The notes under the pieces: model-generated
Database searches by the model: none
Told to the model about the DNA's origin: nothing
The model's input: the letters and a program-made list of their open reading frames with translations, nothing else
Shown: in pieces, positions 1 through 11,563 of the stretch
How positions within the stretch are numbered: the stretch's first letter is position 1
How the letters are laid out: every line of letters begins with the position of its first letter
Made by a program: the position numbers and the translations under genes
Origin: Neoconidiobolus thromboides FSU 785
Lineage: Eukaryota > Fungi > Entomophthoromycota
Reading direction: 5' to 3'
Assembly (NCBI GenBank): GCA_025603075.1
Contig: MU626282.1
Span: 62,001 to 126,000 of the forward strand
Length of the DNA stretch: 64,000 bases

Positions 1-285
1 ATTACCTTGCTAGTTTTTTTATCAACATTCGCAAATGGATCAACATCATGATCTATTAAATCATCTTCCCCTGGTAAAGGTAAACTGGTTTCATAATTAG
101 AACGATCCTCAGTTGTATAAATATCTTGATCGAAACTCACCTTCCCCACCATAGAGACTCTATTAAGATTTTCTTGTTGCCTTTTATTGGCTTCTCTTTC
201 GAGTTCTTTAGCCTTCACTTTGGCCTCAAGATCTATTAAACTTTTTAGTACGTTTTACATTAATAAATATTAATTTACCTTCCAT
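1..285 (-). CDS. SF3B1: Splicing factor 3B subunit 1 (SF3B1/Hsh155/Prp10), 5' end; gene runs off the window start
   Basis: Not in ORF track. ATG at 285, exon 279-285, 46-nt GT-AG intron 233-278, exon 6-232, next GT donor at 5. Translation MEDLEAKVKAKELEREANKRQQENLNRVSMVGKVSFDQDIYTTEDRSNYETSLPLPGEDD resembles the SF3B1 N-terminus (EDIEAQIREIQ...YDQEIYG...YVTSI...EDDDD). Confidence 0.6.
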
Positions 286-1428
286 TTTCAATAAAAAAAA
301 TAATTTTTTGAAATGACTTAGGTTAAGATTTATGCTTATTCAGCTATCCAATAGCATTCGAATTTAGTATCGCGTAGTTCAAAAAAAAACCAATGATTAA
401 AGCCTTTACGGGTAAAAATTAGAAACTTACCCAAATGAACAAAGATGGAAGGGAAGGCGTTTCAATTAAAAGCTTATTTTGGTTTTGTAGATGATAGTGA
501 CCTTCCTTTCAGCGTTTTGCTCACTTTTATAGCTAAAATTTAAAATCGCTGAAGTAAAAAGGTATTCTAACATTTTAGTTAATTAATGGTACTAAATTAT
601 AGCTTCAATAGCAATGAAATTAATAGAGCGTAAGAAATCCTCTTTTATTATTAGGTATTATAGCTTATGATTTTTAAAGTTACTTTAAAGAATGTTTTAA
701 TGGACAGTGGTATTAATTAGGTAATTGAGTTGTGGATGAAACAATATTTTTTGTCACTTTGTCGTGGTAGATAGTGTAGCTTAATGTTTAATCACTTAGA
801 TTGAAGTGGATACTCGATCTTAAAATATGTTCCCATCAAACGGTCTATATTTTTGAAGCCAAGCTATAGTCGATAATAAGTCCTAATAAGTTCTAATAAA
901 TGAAACATTTTTGCTTGCGAACCCTGTATTATGTTTTACAATCTTTGATCTATTGAAACTTTATTTTAAGATTGTAATCTGAGCTATTGATTAAATTATA
1001 GTCAAAGTTTAAATACACAATAGTAAAATTTTAATTAAACTTTAATTTGCTAAATCTGAAGATAAAATAAGATGTTTAAAAATCATCACTATATGTGGTT
1101 ACTTAGAAAAATAATAGCAATTTTGATTTTTAAATAATCTGAAATATAACCAAAAAACAAGTAAATCGTTTTGATTTATAGTTAGCTATTTACAAACATT
1201 GAAGATAGTATTTACTATATTCTAAGATAGGCTAAATAGACCAGATATTAAAAAAGCTTATAGTCAAATCAATCACTCTGAATCCTTTAAAACAACCTTT
1301 TTAACCAATGAATTTTATAATATATGTTTCTTAAAGTACAATAATCTGCTAGGAAATGCTGCAGCCCATTTTTACAATAAGGCTTTATTTTAATAATCTT
1401 TATATCATAGTCATAAAATTCAAAGTAT

Positions 1429-1526
1429 GAGGATTTTTTTTTGACTTCATCACTTTTTCCATCTTTCAAGTGCGCTATTTGAGTGGAAAAATTGTTAGTA
1501 AAATTCAAATACAAAAATACATTCTC
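1429..1526 (+). mobile_element. MITE family copy 1 (~97 bp)
   Basis: AT|GAGGATTTTTTTTTGACTTCATCACTTTTTCCATC...CTATTTGAGTGGAAAATTGTTAGTAAAATTC...AAAAATACATTCTC|AT; matches family consensus, AT on both sides. Confidence 0.85.
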
Positions 1527-1530
1527 ATAT

Positions 1531-1622
1531 GAAGTGTTTTTGATTTTATCAGTTTTTCCATTTTTTAAGTGTTATTTGAGACGAAAAATTGTTAAAATTG
1601 TTAAACAAAAAGACACATCCCT
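1531..1622 (+). mobile_element. MITE family copy 2 (degenerate, tandem with copy 1)
   Basis: GAAGTGTTTTTGATTTTATCAGTTTTTCCATTTTTTAAGTGTTATTTGAG...ACACATCCCT directly after copy 1. Confidence 0.75.
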
Positions 1623-2006
1623 ATATATACATTTGGAATGATTTCTTTATAAAGCTAAGATTCAATAACGAAGTTTTTACCCTTTAATTTAACGTTTTGA
1701 TTTTCTTTAAATGTATTAACCCCACAGATTTAATATTTAAAGTATGATAATTGAGGTTGCTCTTTATTTAATTTGTCTAGCCAATAATAGCATAACCTTG
1801 TTAAGTGGCAACTTTTTTTAACAGTAGCACAAAACAATGATCAGAAGCACATGTCAATAATCTAAAATAGCTTACAATTTTAAGTTTACCAAATTATGGA
1901 TTATTTGATATACTTGGAATGTACATCATGTTATGTATGGATGATTATGTATATTTAAATTGAAAAATTCACAACCTTTTTTTCTTTATCGATTGTCAAT
2001 TATTAA

Positions 2007-2597
2007 TTGAATATGAATTTTAAATTTCTTATAAGCTTAATTTTATTATCCTTTGTATTATCTCAAGTTTATGATGACTCTCAAAGAGGTGATGTTTGTG
2101 ATAGAAACCTTTCTACTTGTATAGTTATATGTTATAATCATGATAAGGGACAGCCATTAACAAACACATGTGATCCAAATACATTTAATTATGAATGTGT
2201 GTGTGCCGGAGACTACAGACCGCCACTAAACAGTAATTTTAATCCATTTTACAATGCTTATTTTAACATATTTTTAGATAACACATTACCAGCTGCAACA
2301 GCAAAATGTCAAATAGAAGGTCAACAATGTAAAGCTGGTTGCAATGGGGCTCCGGGATGTGCCGAAAAGTGTAATTTAGACCATATTTGCCTTGGGATCG
2401 AAGAAAGAGCTAATAATAATACAAATTCTGCAAACTCAACTTCAACTTCAATCTCGCTTACTATCACAGCAGTTAATGCTGAAACCTCAAAGCCGTCTAT
2501 TTATTCTGATACTACTTCTTCCTCCTTTAAAGTTTCTTCAAACTTTATACTGTGTTCAATTCTGACCGTATTTTCTATCTCTTTCTATCAAATATAA
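2007..2597 (+). CDS. Secreted cysteine-rich, probably GPI-anchored cell-surface protein (196 aa)
   Basis: Intronless ORF: hydrophobic signal peptide, 10-Cys domain (C..C...C...NTCD...YECVC...TLP...C...C...C...C...C), Ser/Thr-rich stalk, hydrophobic C-terminal tail typical of a GPI signal. Confidence 0.8.
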   Translation: MNMNFKFLISLILLSFVLSQVYDDSQRGDVCDRNLSTCIVICYNHDKGQPLTNTCDPNTFNYECVCAGDYRPPLNSNFNPFYNAYFNIFLDNTLPAATAKCQIEGQQCKAGCNGAPGCAEKCNLDHICLGIEERANNNTNSANSTSTSISLTITAVNAETSKPSIYSDTTSSSFKVSSNFILCSILTVFSISFYQI

Positions 2598-3327
2598 TTA
2601 AATTTTTTCAAACTAACCCTAAATAAACAGTATTTTAAATTAATTATTTAATATTTTTATTTCGTTTTACATACATAGTACTTTTCTGTTTTAAAAATAC
2701 TATTAACAATGGATATTTCTAAATTTTAATTTTATTCAAACTTCATAAATTTGTCTTATTTTTAATATTACGAATTGGAATAGGATGTTGTTTGAAAACA
2801 TATAGCTATTAAGCTTGAATAGTAGTGTGATAATTTTTATCTGATCAAAGTTATCATTTTAATTGCAGAACAGCTTGTAGTTGAATGTCTTTCATGTTTT
2901 TTTAATTTGTGGTCAGTTTTTTCCAATATGGATTTTGAGGGCTATAGCTTTTGAAATATCTTAAATTTTTAAATTTTTTTAGCCCTAAACTAAAAGCAAT
3001 AAGGAGAGATTTAACTACAAATTATGCCATCTAAATAAAAGCTACTTTTTGCACAAACGGATATCATAAATTACAATAGTTTTTCATGTACAGTAATTTT
3101 TATTTTGAATATTACTCTAGAATTGAATCTAAAATTTCTTTAATATATTGCAAAAATTCTCAAGTAGTTTTTGCAAATATAAAATTAGTTATCAAATCAG
3201 AATTTCGAAAAATATTTTAAACTGCAGGGGTTTTGAGAATTTTTGACCAAAGTTGAAGGTATAATAAAAACAAGCCAATCACTACTTAACTCTTCCTTTA
3301 CACTTTTTACAAAAAAAATCAGTCAAA

Positions 3328-3835
3328 ATGGGTCGTATGCATGCTCCTGGAAAAGGTATTTCTGGCTCCGCCACTCCATTCCGTCGTAATCCACCAAGCT
3401 GGGTTAAGACTACTTCTCTTGACTTAAACGAGCATATCTGCAAATTAGCCAAGAAAGGTCTTACTCCATCCCAAATTGGTGTTCTTTTACGTGATAGTCA
3501 TGGTGTCCCTCAAGTTAAGGCCATCACTGGTAACAAAGTTTTACGTATCTTAAAATCCAACGGCCTTGCCCCAGAAATCCCAGAAGATCTTTATCATCTT
3601 ATCAAAAAGGCTGTCGTTGTCCGTAAACATCTTGAACGTAACCGTAAAGATAAAGACTCTAAATTCCGTCTTATTTTGATTGAATCTCGTGTCCATCGTC
3701 TTGCTCGTTACTACAAAAAAGCTGGTCAACTTCCACCAACCTGGAAATAGTAAGATTATTATTTTTATTTCTTCAAGAGTTATTTAACAATTTTTTTTTA
3801 GCGAATCCTCAACTGCCTCCACTTTAGTCTCATAA
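3328..3835 (+). CDS. RPS13: 40S ribosomal protein S13 (uS15), 151 aa
   Basis: [12 protein letters not shown]... is unmistakable. Exon 3328-3749, intron 3750-3801 (GTAAGA..TTAG), exon 3802-3835 restoring the C-terminal [11 protein letters not shown]. The ORF-track TAG stop is the splice donor. Confidence 0.98.
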
Positions 3836-3899
3836 ATGTGCAAATAAATTGGTGAATATTTAGTTATTCAGTGGTAATTATTTTATTTATTTATTCAGT

Positions 3900-3989
3900 G
3901 GCAAATGACGACAACCTTATATTTACTAACCAAATAATATAATTATTGGTAATGAAGTAGATAAATTTGTATTCACACTGTCTGATGCC
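3900..3989 (+). ncRNA. Box C/D snoRNA, snR51/SNORD41-like, predicted to guide 2'-O-methylation of LSU rRNA U (yeast Um2729 equivalent)
   Basis: Terminal stem GGCA/TGCC, C box ATGACGA (3905-3911), D' CTAA, internal hairpin, C'-like ATGAAGT, D box CTGA (3982-3985). Guide TTTGTATTCACACTG (3966-3980) is the exact complement of conserved LSU rRNA CAGUGUGAAUACAAA (rRNA sequence recalled from yeast). Confidence 0.85.
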
Positions 3990-5272
3990 TTATTGTATTT
4001 TATAGTACAAATTACAGTAATTAATTACATTTAAATCATAGTTAAATTTGTGCTCTTCGCATTATTTATTTTAAAGGTACGATGGGATATTTCTGTCTAA
4101 GATGTGGAATCTTTTCAAGGTACGGGTACCTTGGGCAGAATATCACCAAGCCTAATTATTTATTTTTTGTCTAATAAACTCTTTAATTAATCTATTATTC
4201 CTTAATCTTTTATAACCATAATTTTAAAATAATACTTTTTTTATAATATTACAGTCTTCACATAAAAAACTTGTATATTGCAAAATCATTATTTAAGTAT
4301 CTGAAACAAGATCGAAGAACATGAAAGCCTATTTACAAATTTAATACAACAAATAATTTATTTCGATTTAGTTATTTGTTAAAAGGTTTTAATTAAGCTA
4401 AAACAATATATTTATTCAAACTTGATATCAAATATATACAAATAAACATTAATTAGTTTACAAAATTCTTAATTAAACCTCACTTTAATCAACTATAACA
4501 TTTTCAGAAAAGTAATATTAATTTTTTTTAATATTATAACAATAGACATATTATTTAATAAGGTTTATCTTATTTTTAAGAAAAATAAGACAATTTAGTA
4601 TAAAGAATTAATCCACCGATTTAAATATATTAAGACTTATTTAAAATAACTCAAAATCTAATTAACTATGTAATATGTATTCTTATAGTTTCAATAATAA
4701 ATCTATTAAATAATATGAGATAATTATTAGAAAATGATAGTTTTTAATTAAATTTTAATTAATTAATTTCAATTTTTATATAAAGTAATTTTAGTTGAAA
4801 TAATATACTATTTATGGTTAATAAGATATTACTTTCATTGAACGTTGATAAAGTATATTGTAAATATACAAAGTATATAAATTAAGTTGATAAAGATTAA
4901 ATTGATGTGCTTTGATTATAACTTGGTAAGTAAAGTGATTAACTACACTTAATATAGAAAGTGATTGGGTAAAATCTCTTTCATAAAATGAGTCTTAAAG
5001 TAACCAAGCATAAACTGTACCCTATTATACCATGATCTAAGAGCGAAATCCAACATGATTGGATTATCTAAATATGGAAAAAACAGTGGAGCTTTCGATT
5101 AATACCAGTTCTAACAATTTCTACAAGAGGTTTAAACTGATGTGGATTGTATTTTATTAAACATAACAAATCTTTTGCTTTATTTAACTAGTGAAATTAT
5201 AGAATTTTATTTATTATAATCTCATCACTTTAATAACTTTTTACTATTTTTTGCTTATAAATTAATTTGCCA

Positions 5273-7744
5273 ATGATGTCAAGGTATTAATGTAAAAGTA
5301 TAGTTAATATTTTAATATTTTAAGATATGATAACAATGATAACAATGATAACGAAAAGAGCTCAGATCCACTAGAATGGGTTGAGATAATGGATCCACAA
5401 AGTCATAATATTATTTACGCTAATCCAGTAATTTCTTATCAAACTAAATTTTGAGATAATAACTTAATGTTTAGGTAACCGGTGAATGTTCTTGGGAAAG
5501 GCCAAAAAAGGGATTTATGTAACTATTGTTAGGTTTAAGTTTTTATTGAAATTAACATTAGTTAGTAAAGAAAGATCACCAGAAGGAGAATGGTGGGAGT
5601 TATTTGATAAAAAACACAAATTACCATATTATTATAATACTGTATCAAAAAAAACTGTTTGGGTTAGACCAAAAAGTGGGCTAATTATACCTTTGACAAA
5701 AATACAAGTAAATTTTATATGAATAACAAAAGATAAACAGTAACCAAAATCTAGAGTGTTGCATTAAATAATAGAGAATCGACTCAAAGTGTAGAGAAAA
5801 CCAAAAAAAACGAATCGAATCAGAACAAATTAAGAAATGAGAGCCCCAGAACACCAAAAGAAAGTTTTAAGGATAATGGTCCTTCAAGTCCTTCAACAAG
5901 AAGTATAAATAATCCAAGTCCAAAAACTAAAAGTGTTCCAATTTCTCCAAAAATGACTGATGGTTCAAGTGTTGATGCCTCACCTAAATCTTCGACTTCA
6001 AATATATCTGGAAGATCATCATGTCAATTTAAATTAAAAGGCGTACAACCTGCGAAAGAAAGCCCTAATAAACTTAAAAATGGATCAAATTTAACGATTG
6101 ACTTGGTAAATGATACACAATTAATTTTGATCTTGTGATTTATCTTTATTAGCCGAAAAATGAAGAAATAAGGCCTGAAAGTATGTTCAGTCCAGCATCT
6201 CAGAATGAATTGTCTGAAATAAAAGCTGAAACCCCTACCAAAAATCGAAATTCCTATTTGGAAACAGCTACCAAATCTTCAGCAATAGCAGAGATCGCAA
6301 AGAAACGCGGGATCGGTAGCCCTAAACTAGATCTAGGTAAAAAAACATAAAAAAACATAAACTAAAACTAGGTTAACACTTTAAAATAGAGGCGGCTAAA
6401 CAAATGTCACCATTGATAGTAAAAGATGATGACAAAGGATCTACTCATACCTCAACGTAATTTAATTTGTACCTCTCTTCTTTTTAATAACATTAATTTT
6501 AGTCCAAAATCATTACCACCTGGATTAAAACAAGATATAAACCAATTTCAAATTGATGGCTTTGCCAAAAGGTTCTTCTCGACTCATAAAAAAGGATTGT
6601 TTCGTAAAAAGGTTCCTTTAGAAAAAATGCTTACATGGACTGATGTAAGTCAACTAATAATGCATATATATATTATACTAATATATCTTAGGAAAGCATC
6701 AGTCAACCTTTAATGGCAATAAATAGAGGTTTATACAAGGATGCCTTAAAGAGCTTTAAATTAATACAAAGAGTTATGGGAGATCGTAGCAAAGGGAAGA
6801 GTAATAGTGATAACGGAGACATACAATGGTTAATTGAAAGGGGATTAAATGAAGGAGAAATCAGAGATGAAATTTATGTACAAATTGTAAAACAATTAAC
6901 AGAAAACCCCAGTTTAAAAAGCCAAAAAATAGGATGGGAGTTGATTTCTGTATTACTTCTATGTTTCCCGCCATCAAAAAATTTTGAAAATTATTTCAAG
7001 AGCTTTGTTAGTTTAGGCAGATCGCACGAATCTGAAGAAATAGTTACAATAGCTAAATATTCATTAATTAAACTAGATCGTATATGTAAAGTTGGACCCA
7101 AAGGGAAAGCATTAAGTCTGCCTGAAATTGAACAAGCCAGAATAGCTGCTTTCCATCTTTCTGTATTTGGGGAATCTTTAGACACTATTATGGAACATCA
7201 AAAAGAATACCACCCAGATTTAACATTGCCAAGGGTTTTACCATTCTTGACAGATTCAGTTATGAAGCTAAACGGTCATCGTAGCGAAGGTATATTTAGG
7301 GTACCTGGTGACATGGAAATGGTAGCAGAGCTAAAGCTTAGGATTGATAAAGACAATTATGAAATTGAAGGAATCACGGATTGTAATGTTCCAGCCTCAC
7401 TGCTCAAACTATTTTTAAGAGATTTAGAAGAGCCATTGATACCTTCTAAGTATTATGATGATTGTTTAAAAGCAAGTAAAAAGTGTGAAGATGCGATTAA
7501 GATCATCGGAAGCTTACCAGAAGCAAACAAAAAAGTTGCCCAATTTGTAATTAAATTTTTACAAAAATTTACAGATCCAGAAGTAATTTCAATGACCAAA
7601 ATGTCTATACAGAATCTAGCTATGGTGTTCGCACCTTCATTTTTAAGATGTCCTAGTGATAACTTGACTGAGGTATTTGCTAATTCCAAGTTGGAGCAAG
7701 AATTCTTAAAGGAGTTATTAGTCAATTATACTATTGAAGAATAA
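5273..7744 (+). CDS. WW + MyTH4 + RhoGAP protein (ARHGAP39/Vilse-like), multi-exon
   Basis: Spliced start MMSRYDNNDNNDNEKSSDPLEWVEIMDP (WW1), second WW (GEWWELFD..PYYYN), MyTH4 (RDEIYVQIVKQLTENPS..GWEL), RhoGAP (EGIFRVPG..ASLLKLFLRDL..NLAMVFAP). Confidence 0.9.
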
Positions 7745-8127
7745 TCAATTCATTTTGTCATTGTTCTATATATATCTAATTAATGTTTATAAATCTTTTA
7801 TTTTCTTGTAAGATTCATTTCCCTTTCTTTTCATTTTTGTTGTCGTTTGTTTGAGTTCACTTTTCTGGTTTAATTGCAATGGAAGCTATACAATAAACTT
7901 TTTAGTATATGTTAAACGATAGCATAGTGAGCTAATATAGATAAAATAGTTCATTAGAATCAGATATGAAGAATAGTTAAAAAGATTAATAAAGTTCATA
8001 AAGTAGTTGAAATTTATAAAAACAAATTTGCGATTTTTTATTTCATATTAATAATAAAGCTTTCTTTTTTGATAAATAAGTTTATTGAATCACAATAAAA
8101 AGGATAAGCACAGACATTCATCCACCT

Positions 8128-8483
8128 TTAATTTTTAACAGCTTGCTTTGCAGCTTCTTCTTTGGCGGCTTGAGCTTTCTAATAATTGTTAAGAAATTTC
8201 AATAATGATGAATTCCACTTACTAGATTTTTTTCGCGCATGATAGCAGCATCTCTAAATAAATTTTTAGCTTAATTTAGTCTACGTTTATATTATAAAGT
8301 CATCTTACTGTTCTTGGCGAGTTTTAAATGACTTTCCATCCTCTGAGGCTTTCTTTTGTTTATTTAATTGTGCTTGCTTCTTTTGGTTTTTGGCCCTAGC
8401 TAATTCCCTTTGGTTTCCTCCTATTATATAAAGCTATCTTAATATCTAGTTTATCTTTGTTTAATAAACAATATACTTGTCAT
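8128..8483 (-). CDS. Small EDRK-rich factor (SERF/4F5 family), about 66 aa, 4 exons
   Basis: Not in ORF track. Spliced product MTRGNQRELARAKNQKK...KTRQEQDAAIMREKNLKAQAAKEEAAKQAVKN*; GNQRELAR and DAAIMREK are SERF hallmarks. Confidence 0.9.
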
Positions 8484-8814
8484 CTTAATTAGTGATATAC
8501 TCTAGTCTTGCAGTTTGGTGTTAATTGAATAAAATACAATTGTTTAAAATTTAAAAAAGAATGAAGTACAAAACAATTCAAAAATTCTTTTTAGTTCCAA
8601 ACTTTTACTTCATGTAACAAAAATTATCTTATTAGTGTTTTAAGTCAACTCACAGACTCAACTGATTAATTTTTTTTCCACAAAATCTTTAATTTTAGGT
8701 TTGTTAAATGAAAAAATTTAATAGGATAGATATTAGCTAGTAAATATAAAGCAATAGATTTTACTGTTTATCCAATGGTTTAGTAGTTTTAGCTTAATAA
8801 TTTGTTTTCTACAT

Positions 8815-8911
8815 GGGGATGTATTTTTGTGTTTAAGAATTTTACTAACAAATTTTCCATTCAAATAGTGCTTAAAAAATAGAAAAGTAATGAAATCAAA
8901 AAAACATCCCC
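8815..8911 (-). mobile_element. MITE family copy 3 (near-perfect TIRs)
   Basis: AT|GGGGATGTATTTTTG...AAAAAAACATCCCC|AT, 97 bp. Confidence 0.9.
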
Positions 8912-9848
8912 ATGTTATTTAATCGAAGGTATATTATTTAAGATAGTTCTTAAAAATGAGAGTACTCAATTTCGCTGCTTAAAAATCATTTCTGATTTTC
9001 TGTTCATATAATTTAAAATACTACTAGAATTAGTATTTTTAGTAGTATCTTCTAGTAATTTTTCAAAATAGCTTTGTAATATATTAAATTTCTCAGCATT
9101 TTAGATGCTACAAACACATATAAGTAATCCCAAACCATCATCTGAATTTTAACCTGTTACACTCTTTTGTTTAGAATAACATAAATAAATATTGACAGAT
9201 TTAGTTAACTTGTGTGAAATCTGGTACTCAGTGATTGGATTCAAAAACAGCTATTGCCTGGTTGACTATACTATAATTCGAAAGGTCTAAGTTTATGTGA
9301 CTAAGATAGACTTGGGTTATGAAGAATAGCATGTAATAGGCTACGGACTATGTAAGACAAATAGAATAGACAATACTAACATAAAACCTACGTAAAATAT
9401 TATTAAGAAAACTTAGTGGCTTTATTAAATGTTCGAGATATCAGGGAATAATTCAGTTAAAAGCCTTGAACTATTATACCCTGTAAACTCTTTTATACTC
9501 TGAAAAATATAAATATCAAAATGGGAAGATAATATTCTTTGGGATGGAGCTAGAAATTCTCATAGCAAATCAAACTAAGAACGTGGAACTGATTTTCTCC
9601 GAACTCGAGAACACAACAGCTTAGGCGATTGTTATGCTATAATTAACTATGGAACTGACAAAGCGACATTTCACACTTGACACAAAGTGACCCTTCTGGG
9701 CCTTTTCAACCTAAATGGATCAATTTAAAAAGTACCCATCAATAAAATAAATGTTTACCCATACCTTAGCTTATAGAAGCATGGTTTGTGACTTCTAATT
9801 TAAAATTTTGGCCTTTCTATTAAATAAGTAGAAATATGATGGGAACAT

Positions 9849-9945
9849 GGGGGTGTTTTTTTGATTTTATTATTTTTTCATTTTCTAAACGCTATTTGAG
9901 TAGAAAGATTGTTAGTAAAATTATTAAACACAAAAACAAAGCTCC
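9849..9945 (+). mobile_element. MITE family copy 4
   Basis: AT|GGGGGTGTTTTTTTG...CTATTTGAGTAGAAAGATTGTTAGTAAAATT...GCTCC|AT. Confidence 0.85.
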
Positions 9946-10158
9946 ATATGATAGTTTTAGAATAATTTTACTATTTTAGTTATGCCTCAAAAGCTTTAAA
10001 TCAGTTGTTGCTTTTTAATGTTTATTTAATTAGGTTTACTTTTATAATTTTAATCTCTGCTCTTTCTTTCTGATTTCCTTTTATTGTATAGCACATTGTT
10101 AACAATTTTTGATGTTGATTTGATACTATATTATTCGGCACCTTAGTTATTAATATAT

Positions 10159-10257
10159 GGGAGTGTTTTTTTTAACTTCATTATTTTTTCCATTTTTTAA
10201 GCGCTATTTAAGCGGAAAATTTGTTAGTAAAATTCTTAAACACAAAAATACATCCCC
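10159..10257 (+). mobile_element. MITE family copy 5
   Basis: AT|GGGAGTGTTTTTTTT...AAAAATACATCCCC|AT. Confidence 0.9.
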
Positions 10258-11003
10258 ATATAATTCTTTTTAATTACATGCTATTTAGATAAAGAAAATT
10301 GATTTTAAAATAAAAATAATGAAATACAAAATAGTTTATTAAAATCATAAGCAAACTATGAATCATCAATTTTAATAAAAGAATCTATAAACAAAGGAAG
10401 TTGTAAAAGTGGCTAATAAAATTTTTTTAAAGTGTAATAATAGTAAATTAGTAACAGTGTAGTTCTATTGAATAAAAACAAAAACTAAACACTTGTTTTA
10501 TAAATTTAAATCTAGATAAAAAGCAAATATAAGTTACCTCCAGTTATTTACTAAATATTTGATTTGTTAAGCATAGCACAAGCTATCAAGATGTATTAAA
10601 AGTTATTGATATCTTAAATAATAACGTATATTTAATAATTGTTATAAATGAAGCTTTATTTTTGTTAAATGATAGTTCAATTATCTTAGTTGATGTTAAT
10701 ATTATTTTGAAGAACTGCTATCACTGAAAATCTAGTTTTTGTATCAAATTACAAAGCAAATATCCCAAAAGCGTTATTTATTTATTTCTATTTATTGATT
10801 TATAGCCAAAGGTATCGGAAAATTAAAGCTACTATTCATTATAACAATGATATTTTTTAGGAGTTCTCTATTCTATGATTTTAAATATTTGCTTTCGAAC
10901 TTTAACGTTATATCGTGTCAAGATGTAAGTTGACACCTATAAAATCAATTATGTTATTTCAAACAGAGTAACAGTTAATTCAATGCTTTATTAATTTATA
11001 TAT

Positions 11004-11095
11004 AAAGATGTCTTTTTGGTTTCATTACTTTTTCCATTTTTTAAACACTATTTAAGTGGAAAACTATTAGCAAAATTCTTAAAAAACACATCTTC
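11004..11095 (+). mobile_element. MITE family copy 6 (degenerate ends)
   Basis: AAAGATGTCTTTTTGGTTTCATTACTTTTTCCATTTTTTAAACACTATTTAAGTGGAAAA...ACACATCTTC|AT. Confidence 0.8.
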
Positions 11096-11463
11096 ATATC
11101 CAAAAGATCTTTATTCCTTTCATCTGTTTACTTTAAAATACTACTGTTATTTATTATTAGTGTTTGAACATATGTAAATAATTGAACTCAATTCTTTAGA
11201 ATAACAAACAATTGAAATTCTGATTTTACCCAACTGACTCAATATTATATTAGCATAAAGTAAATTAGTAACTTTGATAGATTATTTTAAATTATATGCT
11301 CCAGCTTTTAAAAATAATGATAATAATTATGAAAACTTAATGCCAATTAAATTGAATTTCGCTATGATTTATATAAACTATAAGATCAAAAATTTTGTTT
11401 TATCAAATTTAGCTGTAGTTAAATAAACATTATAGTAAAAGTAACCTAAAGTATTTAATATAT

Positions 11464-11563
11464 GAGAATGTTTTTTTTTGACTTCATTGTTTTTTCCATT
11501 TTTTAGGCGCTATTTGAGCGGAAAATTTGTTAGTAAAATTCTTAAACACAAAAATACATCCCC
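11464..11563 (+). mobile_element. MITE family copy 7
   Basis: AT|GAGAATGTTTTTTTTTG...AAAAATACATCCCC|AT. Confidence 0.9.

Noticed and set aside
1287-1514. 75-aa minus-strand ORF
   Set aside because: Starts inside MITE copy 1, has no recognisable motif, and is likely spurious.
9180-9800. Slightly GC-richer intergenic stretch, possible retroelement relic
   Set aside because: No RT, integrase or gag motifs, LTRs or sustained frame could be supported by eye.
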